A stretch of DNA of 35,140 nucleotides, from IMG/VR virus record IMGVR_UViG_3300023269_000003, positions 1 to 35,140 of that record; one strand, 5' to 3'. A model generated the notes under the pieces. It did not search any database and was not told the DNA's origin. It saw only the letters and a program-made list of their open reading frames with translations. The DNA comes from a virus (lineage: Duplodnaviria > Caudoviricetes). Numbering within the stretch: the stretch's first letter is position 1; each line of letters begins with the position of its first letter. Both the position numbers and the translations under genes were made by a program. Of this stretch, positions 24,197-32,483 are shown piece after piece.

Positions 24197-25195
24197 TTAG
24201 CTACCCGATGGGTTCGTGAACTTCACGAAGCCGTCCAGGTTACCCACGATCCAACCGAACGTTACTTCGATCAGCAGGGCAATCTGGTTGGTCTGCCACA
24301 TGGAGATGCTGGATACACCATCCGTTAGCGTGGCCTGGTCCGAAATCTTGATACGGACCTCGTCAGCGAAGCCCCAACGAAGCTGCGAGAAGTCGCCACC
24401 GATGATCTGGGTCGTAGAGGCCGTAGCCGCGCCCAGGTCACCCTTGACAGCCTTACCGTACTCCGCAGGGAAGCCGAGGATGTTGCCTCGGGTCGCGTTG
24501 AAGTTGATCCCAGCCGGGTTCTGAAGGTTACCGTTGGCGTCGCGCTCCGCACCCTCACGGATGAGGCGTGCACGGAAGCGAGAGTCAACCGCCCAACCAT
24601 CGAAGTCGGTCTCAGGGTCAATCATCTCGTAGCCCGCGATCAGCTCGTCGTAGAGATTGCCTGGGCCTGGAACGGTGTCCAGGTTGACCACGTTCGTGGT
24701 GTTGTTCAGAACGTTCGTGGAAGTGATACCCTGGAGGGCACCACCCGTGAGAGGCTGCTTACCGTGGAAGACCGCGAGGTCGATACCACGACCGATCGCC
24801 AGAGCCATGTCGGACTGGATCTTGCTGTAGAAACCCTGTGGGTTCGTACGAGCAAACTCCTCAGACACGGTGACAATCGTGGCCAGCTTGATCGGGCTGA
24901 AGGACTGGGTGTCCCACGCAACGCCCGACAGTGGCTTCAGACCACCCTCTCGGAGCGCGTTGGTCGTACCAGTACCTACCTGGCCAACCTCAGGACGCTT
25001 CGTCTGGACCGGGATTACGGTCTCACCGTACGAGACGGGGATTCGCTCACCCAGACGCAGGACAAGAGAGGTCTCCTGAGCCTGCTCAAAAATAGCCCCT
25101 ACGATCTCCGGTGGGAGAAGGTCATCGGGGACGTACGCCAAACGACCCTGGTGGTTGTTGGTCGTATTCGGCGCGAGTTCGTTGATCATTGCCAT
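24197..25195 (-). CDS. major capsid protein (HK97 fold)
   Basis: P.KLATIVTVSEEF, GDFSQ..WG, SMWQ.N.IA...E..FG; after scaffold. Confidence 0.93.
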   Translation of the reverse strand: MAMINELAPNTTNNHQGRLAYVPDDLLPPEIVGAIFEQAQETSLVLRLGERIPVSYGETVIPVQTKRPEVGQVGTGTTNALREGGLKPLSGVAWDTQSFSPIKLATIVTVSEEFARTNPQGFYSKIQSDMALAIGRGIDLAVFHGKQPLTGGALQGITSTNVLNNTTNVVNLDTVPGPGNLYDELIAGYEMIDPETDFDGWAVDSRFRARLIREGAERDANGNLQNPAGINFNATRGNILGFPAEYGKAVKGDLGAATASTTQIIGGDFSQLRWGFADEVRIKISDQATLTDGVSSISMWQTNQIALLIEVTFGWIVGNLDGFVKFTNPSGS

Positions 25196-25206
25196 TGTGG
25201 CATTCC

Positions 25207-25701
25207 TTACTTCTTGAGGTTAGTCTGGACCATGTCGGCAAACAGCTCAGCCGGGGTCTTAACGCCACTAGCGTTTCCACCCGCACCCTGGGACTTGTCG
25301 GTTGCACGCTGCCTTCCGGCAGGAGAACCAAACATGTCCTTGAGCTGAGTGGCATGGGCCTTCAGCTCGTCCTCGGTGCTGCCCTTGAGCAGGTCTGCAA
25401 ATACAACGGCCTGTTCACCCGGAACTTCAGCCGCAATGGCAACCTTGAGCTTGGTCAGCCCGGTTACCGCATTGTCACGCTCCGCCGCAATGGCGGTCTT
25501 CTCGGAAGCCAGTGCCTTAAGCTGCTCGTCGTAGGCCTTGGAGGTCTCAGCCTTTGCTTCATCAGCGGCGGTCTGAGCCTTTAGGCGGTACTTAGCCGCT
25601 TCGGCGTTGGCATCGGAGATAGCCCGACGAGCCCAATCCGGTAGCGCATCAGTGTTCTGCGTGCCGGTGGTGGTCGTGGCGGACTGGTTATCGTCGGACA
25701 T
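25207..25701 (-). CDS. capsid scaffolding protein
   Basis: LPDWAR....AN.EAAKYR, L.G.TE.EL..HA; synteny. Confidence 0.85.
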   Translation of the reverse strand: MSDDNQSATTTTGTQNTDALPDWARRAISDANAEAAKYRLKAQTAADEAKAETSKAYDEQLKALASEKTAIAAERDNAVTGLTKLKVAIAAEVPGEQAVVFADLLKGSTEDELKAHATQLKDMFGSPAGRQRATDKSQGAGGNASGVKTPAELFADMVQTNLKK

Positions 25702-25744
25702 TATGACTCCTGGTCATGTTAGGTGAGATCGGCTCCAGGCCGAC

Positions 25745-26539
25745 CTATTTGACTACTGCAAATTCTGAGGGGTCTACGTGGTTGTCTTCGATAGCACGAC
25801 GGAATGCGTTAAGAGCATCCCGCCCGGAGAGGCCCTTGGTTACTTCCTTCCACGTCTTCTGTGCTTCCAGGTAATCGTCTCGACCCTGCCAATCATTGCG
25901 GTCAAAGACTGGGACTACCTTGCAGTCACAGTTGGGGTGGAACCTTGTCATCAGCTCGTTGAAAGCTTCAGTATCGCCTTCGTCCAGGATCTCAAGGGCT
26001 GTCGTATCGTCCGTGTTCAAACCGGCCGACTCTGCGGACTGGTAGACCGGACCTCGTGAGACCAGCATCAAGCAGAAACCACAGGTTTCGCGCCCGGTAG
26101 CTACCCGCGCCCAACCCACTGCGGAACTGTCACGATCGACAGCGTTACGGATGGTCCTGCGACCACCGTTCTCTACTTCCTTGACTGCCCTGAACCCAGC
26201 CTGGATCGCTTGACCCAGAGTAGTTTCGTTGAGCTGGAACGACTTCTTGGCTGGAAGCATAGCTTCGTAGAACCAGTCGTACTCATATCCTGCTAGATCA
26301 ACGTCGAAACGCTCATCTTCGTCTGTGTGACGTTCCCGTTGGGTATCGTAGTACTCCCTTGCGAGCTGAGCACTTTCCCGACGAGCCTCATTGACAAGTG
26401 GGAAAATGCTCCGAACGATGTCCCCCCACACCTGCGACGTGAGGGGGATCAACAAAAAGGGAAGTAGTACCGCCAACACGACCCGCATTACACGGGCCGA
26501 AATGCTACGCTGCCTTCTGTGAAGTTCCGTTAGCAGCAT
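25745..26539 (-). CDS. capsid maturation / MuF-like head morphogenesis protein
   Basis: WARVATGRETC.FCLMLVSRGPVY, HPNCDC.VVPVF. Confidence 0.8.
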   Translation of the reverse strand: MLLTELHRRQRSISARVMRVVLAVLLPFLLIPLTSQVWGDIVRSIFPLVNEARRESAQLAREYYDTQRERHTDEDERFDVDLAGYEYDWFYEAMLPAKKSFQLNETTLGQAIQAGFRAVKEVENGGRRTIRNAVDRDSSAVGWARVATGRETCGFCLMLVSRGPVYQSAESAGLNTDDTTALEILDEGDTEAFNELMTRFHPNCDCKVVPVFDRNDWQGRDDYLEAQKTWKEVTKGLSGRDALNAFRRAIEDNHVDPSEFAVVK

Positions 26540-27908
26540 TGGGGTCTACCTTTCCGATCTGCTCGTTGGCCTTCGCAGTGCCATCAAGCAGAAGTGCGTT
26601 CATCTGGGCTACGGGGTCGTCCTGGTCCCACACACGCATCTGCTTGCGCTGGACATCGGAGTAACCCATCTCGATACGTGCCTGCTCAACCGGAATGATT
26701 CCAGCCTGCTGAAGCTTGACAACGCCGTCAGACTTAGCCGCGAACGTTGGGGTGGAAGGATCACGCCATACCGATTCGAGTTGGTAAGCATCCTTGGGGA
26801 TCTCACCGTCCATGACCAGCATTCCGAGACGCATGGCATCTTCCCAGGCCTGCCCGAACATACGGGCCTTGCGTTCGGTCTTCTTTACCAGTCGCGATTC
26901 GGCCGACTTGATGGCCTCAGCACTCGCCGGGTTCTCCGAGGAGAAGGAGAGATACTGTGGGGGCAAACCCGTGTACGAAGCTACCTGCTTGGCAAGCTCC
27001 TGAAGGGACTCGGTAAAGTTCCGCAGATCCGCAGCAGAAAATTGCATACCCTTGCCGTTCTCATTCTCGAACGCGAGGATACGAGCCATATAGGCTTCCA
27101 TAGCAGCGCCGGGATTGTCAGGGTCGGTAGGTAGTTCGTCTCGATCGATACCAAAGAGCACACGCTGTGGGATGGCCATAAGCTCGGAGGCGGTCTGAAG
27201 GTTCATCATGATTCGGGAAGCAGCATCCGTTGCCGAACGAAGCTCCAGGGTGATCTCAGACTTGCCGTACGCCTCGGTGAGACGTTCCCGATTCAGGAGT
27301 TGGGTAGCAAGTACCCGTCCCAGATCGTGCTTAATGACTTCATCGACCTTCCACTGAGCGAAAGGACCACCACGGGCGAGGTATACCGTCCTGTCTGGCA
27401 GGAGCAGCGTCGCCATGTCTTCCTTGGGAATGGTGGGATGCTTGTAGAGCCTGAGCGCTTCGGTCAACTTCTTGGTTCGCTTGTCCTGCTTCGCAATGAA
27501 GTTGAAAGGGGACTCAACACGGATGATAGGGATATCCGGGTTGTCGTCGTCCTCACCAGGTGCGGCCACGGTGATATACGAAACACCGTGGATCATTGCC
27601 TCAAGGTGTCCTAGACCCGACTCGGCGTCCAGGAAGTTCGCCTGCCACCAAGAGCGGAGACGTTCGTCTACCTCTGCCTGGTCTGCGTTACGGAAGTCTT
27701 CCAGGTCCAGTCGCTCTTCAAGACTGTCCAGGTACATTCGAGGCCAACCAATAGCCGCCGTCATGTGGCGCAGCTCAGGGGGCGTACTCAACCCCAGGGT
27801 CTTGAGTCGATATTCCGACTCGTAGTAAGCCTGATTCTCCTTCAACTTGCCCTTGCGGCCGTTGAGTGCGTTGATCAGGTCGTCTACTTGCTTATCGTAT
27901 TCGCTCAC
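26505..27908 (-). CDS. portal protein
   Basis: YYE...R, IGWPR.Y.D, G.SEI, LPPQYL...NPASAEAI, WRDPSTPT. Confidence 0.93.
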   Translation of the reverse strand: MSEYDKQVDDLINALNGRKGKLKENQAYYESEYRLKTLGLSTPPELRHMTAAIGWPRMYLDSLEERLDLEDFRNADQAEVDERLRSWWQANFLDAESGLGHLEAMIHGVSYITVAAPGEDDDNPDIPIIRVESPFNFIAKQDKRTKKLTEALRLYKHPTIPKEDMATLLLPDRTVYLARGGPFAQWKVDEVIKHDLGRVLATQLLNRERLTEAYGKSEITLELRSATDAASRIMMNLQTASELMAIPQRVLFGIDRDELPTDPDNPGAAMEAYMARILAFENENGKGMQFSAADLRNFTESLQELAKQVASYTGLPPQYLSFSSENPASAEAIKSAESRLVKKTERKARMFGQAWEDAMRLGMLVMDGEIPKDAYQLESVWRDPSTPTFAAKSDGVVKLQQAGIIPVEQARIEMGYSDVQRKQMRVWDQDDPVAQMNALLLDGTAKANEQIGKVDPNAANGTSQKAA

Positions 27909-29584
27909 CTTAGGATTGCCACCCCCTTCTTCTTGTTGTTCTTACCCATCAGGAACTCCTGTCGTGCTCCAAAAGCGAGAACCGCACAGACCGCAGCGTC
28001 GATCTTGCGGGAGCTGTCTTTTGTCGCCTTGCTGATGGAGATTCCAAAGTTGTTTGGACGCCGGATGGCGTTCAATACGTGTCGTCGTAGCGCAACGTCT
28101 CCGTTGTGCACTAGTTCTCGTTCGATCACAGCATCCTGGAAGCGCTCGCAGTCGAGAGTGAACGCCTTGATGTTGGACCGCATGTCATACGCGATTGGGT
28201 GCTTGGCCGTGGCCTTGTGCTTGAGCTTCTTACCGTACTTGGCACCCCATGCATCGACATACGATTCGAATTCCTTGACGTCAGACCTGAAGGCCACCAC
28301 ATCGTACTGAGCGAACGCCCAGTCGACCGTGTTGTTCACGTCCTCACGAGGAACCTCACCACCATACTTCTCGGGATTCCAAATCTTGATCGGGAAGATA
28401 GCCGCGTCTTCGACTCGGCAAGCCACAAGGGCCGTCCAGTCGGAAGACTTACTTCCGTCGAAGCCCATCGTGATCCTGTCGCCCTTTTCCAGACGCCTAA
28501 CGTCTACCGACATGCACTTGTCCCACTCACGAGGAGAGACCCAAGCGTCTTCGGCTGCGTTGATCTGGTTCAGGAACTTGCGTCGGGACTCTGTGACGTC
28601 TTCTCGGACGTCCAGGATGGATTCTACGATGATCTCGGTATCCAGCCAGTCAGCGTCACCCTTGCAGATTTCCAGACCCTCACGGAGCTTCTGAACGGCT
28701 GCCTCGTAGGCCTCGGGATCTTCGATGAGTTCCGCGATCTCGCCTACAGGCGTGTCGGCAGGTGCTTCGAGTGCGTCATACAGGAACTTAGTGTCAACAG
28801 CCTCACCGGAGTGAACCTGCTGCCAGGCGTCCCAGTCTCGTTCTGCGTCGGATTCCTCACCAGGACGATGAGCGTTGCAGATCGATAGCGAACGACACGA
28901 GGCGTAAGCACCCTTGGTCACGTTACCTCGGATGATGTTGGCCATCTCAAGACCCTGGTTGGATTCGATCCACCACTGGGTCTCGTTCTTGATCACGAAG
29001 GTAGGACGCTTGCCCTCAAGCGCCAGAGGCGAAGAGGTAACCGACTCGATCATTCCACCCGCACGCGAGTAGATAATGGTCTTGTGAACATCCAGGCCGA
29101 AATCTTCCTTCAACTGCTTGGACGCCATAGCCGGAAACAGGGTAAACGTGTTACGCGTCTGGTCCTGCGATACGGCTGCGATCTGAATCCAGGCTGAGGC
29201 CTTGGCCTTGCCTACGGGCTTACCCGTCTTGGGGTCCCAGTGGCTAAACTGGACAGGTCCGCAAAGCTCTGCAAGTGCCATAGCAGCGGCAAGGGGGTCC
29301 TTACCCCATCCCTTAAGCCTGCGTAGCAAGCCATTTCGATAGAGAAAGCGTCCCGTATTCTCATCAACTGCGTACCACCAGCATAGAAAGCGATACTGTT
29401 CGAACGTAACTACAAAATTCTCTCCCGCGTTAGGCCCGGAAGGCTGAATGACGTACTTCCACATCCAGTTGACAATTTCGTCGCCTAGCGTGAATTCAGG
29501 TAGGTAGAACCCACCCGACTCAAGAGTCTGCCAGGTGGGGCCTACAACGTGGGCCGGTGTGGGAGCAAGAGGTGGCGAACCCAT
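27905..29584 (-). CDS. terL: terminase large subunit
   Basis: R.KGWGKDP Walker A, AAVS..QT.NT, GFDGS...D.TAL, KIDAAV. Confidence 0.95.
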   Translation of the reverse strand: MGSPPLAPTPAHVVGPTWQTLESGGFYLPEFTLGDEIVNWMWKYVIQPSGPNAGENFVVTFEQYRFLCWWYAVDENTGRFLYRNGLLRRLKGWGKDPLAAAMALAELCGPVQFSHWDPKTGKPVGKAKASAWIQIAAVSQDQTRNTFTLFPAMASKQLKEDFGLDVHKTIIYSRAGGMIESVTSSPLALEGKRPTFVIKNETQWWIESNQGLEMANIIRGNVTKGAYASCRSLSICNAHRPGEESDAERDWDAWQQVHSGEAVDTKFLYDALEAPADTPVGEIAELIEDPEAYEAAVQKLREGLEICKGDADWLDTEIIVESILDVREDVTESRRKFLNQINAAEDAWVSPREWDKCMSVDVRRLEKGDRITMGFDGSKSSDWTALVACRVEDAAIFPIKIWNPEKYGGEVPREDVNNTVDWAFAQYDVVAFRSDVKEFESYVDAWGAKYGKKLKHKATAKHPIAYDMRSNIKAFTLDCERFQDAVIERELVHNGDVALRRHVLNAIRRPNNFGISISKATKDSSRKIDAAVCAVLAFGARQEFLMGKNNKKKGVAILR

Positions 29585-29592
29585 TGTGCTCC

Positions 29593-30705
29593 TTAGTTGA
29601 TCTGGCCTAGGTTCTTGACCTGCCAGTAGAATGGGAAGGTTGCGGACGCATACAGCGTCCCTGCGTTTGCTGACTTGTTTCCAAGCACGAACACCACATC
29701 CGAACCGTCCAGGTCCCCTGCTTCAACGACAAAACCTCGCGAAGAGGTAATAGTGTTGAACGGAGGCGGATACCAACCGGGGTCGCCTTCCACTGCTGGA
29801 GTAGAAGTACCCGTCGACATCCAACGTACGGCCGTAGACCCAACCCTTACCGCTGCGTCGAAGAACGACTGTGTATTGTCACCCTTCATGCCGTGGATAG
29901 AAATCTCCACCCAATCCCCTACAGCAGCGGGAATGGAGAGGACGAAATCGAGTGGCAGTCCGTTGGGTTGCCCCGGAAGGGCAAAAGATCCGCTCGTGTT
30001 TGGAAGCGGAGTCACGTTGCCGGATGTGATTCGCTCATACCTAACCTTGGGGCGTGCGGCTGCGATAGCCGCTGTCACCGCTGAAGTGTCTGCCTTAGTG
30101 GCCAGACCCGAGGTTAGCTGAGAAGTAGTAGCGTAAGAGCCTGACGGTTGCTTTCCGTCAAGCGCCGTGCTGAGTCCTGTGACATCCGAAATGGCGTGAG
30201 TGTGGACAATTCCTGCGTACCTTGCATCACCACGGGCGTTATTGTGGTATTGCGGATGGTCGTCATCAGATAGCCCTGTAAGAGAACCGTGATCAGTGAC
30301 TCCTCCTCCACCGCCTCCAGGGACGAAGATGTTTCCGTACTGGTCTGGGAAGTGTCCATTCACGCTCCTCACGGGATCATAGAGATCCGGATCAGGAAGC
30401 AGCATCCCCACCGCGTCTGGCAGGTTTAGCGCTACACCATCAATAACTTCGATGACCTTGGTCACCCTGTACAGCTCTGAGAGCCGCACAGACACCTGAT
30501 ACAGGCCTTCGGGGAGGGTTTGGTTCAACTGACCGGCTGGGACGTCTACGACCATCTTGACGGGGATTACGACGCCGTCAGGGTCGTCTGGGATCTCAAC
30601 CGATTCGAGGAGAAGGAACACGATGGTGCCAACAGCCAAGTCACCCTTGGGCGTGTACCACGTGCCGGTAACGGTCCCTGTGGGTACCGAGGCTGGAAGT
30701 GCCAT
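29593..30705 (-). CDS. virion fibre / minor tail-like protein
   Basis: V.SVNG, DHG.LTGL.DDDHPQY, H.H.ISDV.GL...L..K fibre motifs. Confidence 0.7.
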   Translation of the reverse strand: MALPASVPTGTVTGTWYTPKGDLAVGTIVFLLLESVEIPDDPDGVVIPVKMVVDVPAGQLNQTLPEGLYQVSVRLSELYRVTKVIEVIDGVALNLPDAVGMLLPDPDLYDPVRSVNGHFPDQYGNIFVPGGGGGGVTDHGSLTGLSDDDHPQYHNNARGDARYAGIVHTHAISDVTGLSTALDGKQPSGSYATTSQLTSGLATKADTSAVTAAIAAARPKVRYERITSGNVTPLPNTSGSFALPGQPNGLPLDFVLSIPAAVGDWVEISIHGMKGDNTQSFFDAAVRVGSTAVRWMSTGTSTPAVEGDPGWYPPPFNTITSSRGFVVEAGDLDGSDVVFVLGNKSANAGTLYASATFPFYWQVKNLGQIN

Positions 30706-30727
30706 GTGCTCACAACTTTCTATAGCA

Positions 30728-30780
30728 TGTTCAATAAACGTGTCTGTTCAAATTTCCTGAACATACAGAAAAAATGAACA
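30728..30780. repeat. symmetric four-box inverted repeat (TGTTCA x2 / TGAACA x2)
   Basis: TGTTCA-N11-TGTTCA-N7-TGAACA-N11-TGAACA. Confidence 0.75.
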
Positions 30781-30784
30781 CCGG

Positions 30785-30856
30785 TCAGGATGGGTGGGAT
30801 CGAACCACCGGCCCCGCGCTTCCAAAGCGCTCACTCTACCTCTGAGCTACACCCTG
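30785..30856 (-). tRNA. tRNA-Pro(UGG)
   Basis: Cloverleaf; loop UU-UGG-AA; T-loop UUCGAUC. Confidence 0.9.
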
Positions 30857-30892
30857 ATGATGGTTGTTTAAGGGACAACCCACAAACCCTTG

Positions 30893-30965
30893 AGCCGCTA
30901 CTAGGACTTGAACCCAGAACCACCCGCTTACGAGGCGGGTGCTCTTCCATTTGAGCTACAACGGC
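30893..30965 (-). tRNA. tRNA-Thr(CGU)
   Basis: Cloverleaf; loop CU-CGU-AA. Confidence 0.92.
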
Positions 30966-30969
30966 AAAG

Positions 30970-31042
30970 CGGGGCCACGAGGGCTTGCACCTCGCACTGC
31001 GGTTTTGGAGACCGCTGTTTTGCTCACCTAAACTATGTCCCC
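30970..31042 (-). tRNA. tRNA-Trp(CCA)
   Basis: Loop CU-CCA-AA; atypical T-loop UGCAAGC; one acceptor mismatch. Confidence 0.8.
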
Positions 31043-31095
31043 TTGACTAGCACACGCAAAAGAACCGTCCGCAGTCTTTACACAAAAACACCATG

Positions 31096-31166
31096 CTGGT
31101 CGCCCTGGATTCGAACCAGGAACGCTGGGTTCAGAGCCCAGTGTGTTGCCGTTACACCAACAACCA
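31096..31166 (-). tRNA. tRNA-Gln(CUG)
   Basis: Cloverleaf; U1:A72; loop CU-CUG-AA. Confidence 0.92.
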
Positions 31167-31219
31167 TTGGTCCGTGCACACTCTTACGCAGGCGTCCCCA
31201 CTCGCGAATACACGGATTG

Positions 31220-31291
31220 TCATCCATCCAGGATTTGAACCTGGAACCTAGAGCTTAAGAGGCCCTTGCTCTACCCTTGAGCTAATGGACG
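31220..31291 (-). tRNA. tRNA-Lys(CUU)
   Basis: Cloverleaf; loop CU-CUU-AA. Confidence 0.92.
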
Positions 31292-31292
31292 G

Positions 31293-31366
31293 TCGCTCAC
31301 CCAGGTTTCGAACCTGGTACTTCCTACTCATCAGGTAGGCACTCTGACCAATTGAGTTAGCGAGCG
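31293..31366 (-). tRNA. tRNA-Ile(GAU)
   Basis: Cloverleaf; loop CU-GAU-GA (G37). Confidence 0.85.
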
Positions 31367-31375
31367 ATAAAACTA

Positions 31376-31501
31376 TCAACCATCGATCTGGCCATTGCCA
31401 TGACAGGTCGGACATACGATCTCCGTCTGACTACCGTCTGACTCACGCTGGTACACCGTACTCGATCCACCCTTGCAGGTGTAGCAATCTATCTTAGCCA
31501 C
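31376..31501 (-). CDS. 41-aa CxxC...CxxCxGxG zinc-binding microprotein inside the tRNA cluster
   Basis: AAGGAG RBS, GTG 31501: MAKIDCYTCKGG...CPTCHGNGQIDG. Confidence 0.7.
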   Translation of the reverse strand: MAKIDCYTCKGGSSTVYQRESDGSQTEIVCPTCHGNGQIDG

Positions 31502-31516
31502 TTCACTCCTTGTACG

Positions 31517-31594
31517 TGGTCGGTAAGGACGGGACTCGAACCCGCTAAGACCGGCTTCACAAACCGGTGCCTCGGCCACTTCGGCATCCTTCCT
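31517..31594 (-). tRNA. tRNA-His(GUG), imperfect acceptor stem
   Basis: Loop UU-GUG-AA; good D and T arms; CCA nearby; acceptor pairing poor. Confidence 0.7.
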
Positions 31595-31595
31595 G

Positions 31596-31667
31596 CTCCC
31601 ACAACTGGACTCGAACCAGTAACCCGCGCCTTAACAGGACGCTGCTCTGCCATTGAGCTATACGGGA
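31596..31667 (-). tRNA. tRNA-Asn(GUU)
   Basis: Cloverleaf; loop CU-GUU-AA; G73. Confidence 0.93.
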
Positions 31668-31672
31668 TTAAC

Positions 31673-31771
31673 GTGGCCGCTCGATACACCAAGTCACCGA
31701 TGGTTGTCGGGTCATTAGCATCGCTGGACCAACGGGTAGTTCCTGCCACTTCGAGTTTACTACCAACTTAG
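31673..31771 (-). ncRNA. candidate structured RNA between tRNA-Arg and tRNA-Asn
   Basis: Five complementary 5-7 bp segment pairs in about 100 nt; no family recognised. Confidence 0.4.
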
Positions 31772-31774
31772 ACG

Positions 31775-31850
31775 TCGCTCCTGAGGGATTCGAACCCCCG
31801 CAAACCCAGGTTCGTAGCCTGGTGCTCTGTCCGGACTGAGCTAAGAAGCG
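31775..31850 (-). tRNA. tRNA-Arg(ACG)
   Basis: Cloverleaf; loop CU-ACG-AA. Confidence 0.9.
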
Positions 31851-32020
31851 ATTTCTACACGGATACGATCGGCAATCCCGGACTTGAACTCTTCTACGTA
31901 GTCCATCCACTCTTGTGGCATGTTCTGCTGCCACATACCACGACTGGCTTCGATGAACCCCATATACAGGTCTTGGTACATCTTGGGCCATTCGTTGAAC
32001 TCTTCCTTGCTTGCGATCAT
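31841..32020 (-). CDS. 59-aa hypothetical protein ending inside tRNA-Arg
   Basis: GGAGG RBS, ATG 32020: MIASKEEFNEWPKMYQDLY...RVEIAS*. Confidence 0.7.
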   Translation of the reverse strand: MIASKEEFNEWPKMYQDLYMGFIEASRGMWQQNMPQEWMDYVEEFKSGIADRIRVEIAS

Positions 32021-32034
32021 CGATCCTCCGTAAG

Positions 32035-32108
32035 TGGTTACCCGCCAGGGAATCGAACCCTGATCTCCTGGGTGTAGGCCAGGAACTCTTCCTTTGAGCT
32101 AGCAGGCA
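32035..32108 (-). tRNA. tRNA-Val(UAC)
   Basis: Cloverleaf with encoded CCA; loop CC-UAC-AC (C33). Confidence 0.82.
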
Positions 32109-32111
32109 AAG

Positions 32112-32185
32112 CCGAAACGCTTGGATTTGAACCAAGAACCCGTGGCTTTTCACGCCACTGCTCTTCCAAGTTGAGCTACGTCCCG
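32112..32185 (-). tRNA. tRNA-Phe(GAA)
   Basis: Cloverleaf; loop GU-GAA-AA (G32). Confidence 0.85.
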
Positions 32186-32189
32186 TTGA

Positions 32190-32263
32190 TCCCAGTTCAA
32201 GGACTCGAACCTCGAACTCCCGAGTTACAGTCAGGCCGGTTGCCAATTACCATACAAACTGGG
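32190..32263 (-). tRNA. tRNA-Tyr(GUA), short variable loop
   Basis: Loop CU-GUA-AC; C1:G72; 4-nt variable region; irregular D arm. Confidence 0.75.
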
Positions 32264-32267
32264 ATAG

Positions 32268-32342
32268 TACCCCTCCCCAGATTCGAACTGGGAACCTTCC
32301 GGGTCTGAGCCGGACGCCTCTGCCAGGTTGGGCTAGAAGGGC
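32268..32342 (-). tRNA. tRNA-Leu(CAG), short variable loop
   Basis: Cloverleaf; loop CU-CAG-AC; 5-nt variable region. Confidence 0.82.
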
Positions 32343-32345
32343 AAA

Positions 32346-32418
32346 TACCGCACCGTGGATTTGCACCACGACAACAGGAGCTTATGAGACTCCCTGCGCA
32401 CTCCGCGCACGGTGTGTT
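32346..32418 (-). tRNA. tRNA(CAU) Met/Ile2-like, degenerate
   Basis: Loop CU-CAU-AA; minimal D arm; T-loop UGCAAAU; weak acceptor stem. Confidence 0.6.
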
Positions 32419-32483
32419 ACCCCGCTTTGATTCCCAGACGGGGGTCAACTGGGTGGGGTCATTAGACCCTCAAATCACTATGG

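Noticed and set aside
30854-30860. CTGATGA here and in the tRNA-Ile anticodon loop as further hammerhead cores
   Set aside because: No GAAA, helices or cleavage triplet in the required arrangement.
31668-31678. GGCCACGUUAA match to part of a pistol ribozyme
   Set aside because: The adjacent P1 strand, pseudoknot and downstream conserved nucleotides are absent.
30857-31774. Theta/HDV-like ribozymes at tRNA 3' trailers
   Set aside because: I could not build the P1/P2/P3/P1.1 nested pseudoknot with the catalytic C in any spacer by eye; a motif search would be decisive.
31668-32246. 192-aa ORF and other ORFs across the tRNA cluster
   Set aside because: They run through several tRNA cloverleafs and lack an RBS or protein-like composition.
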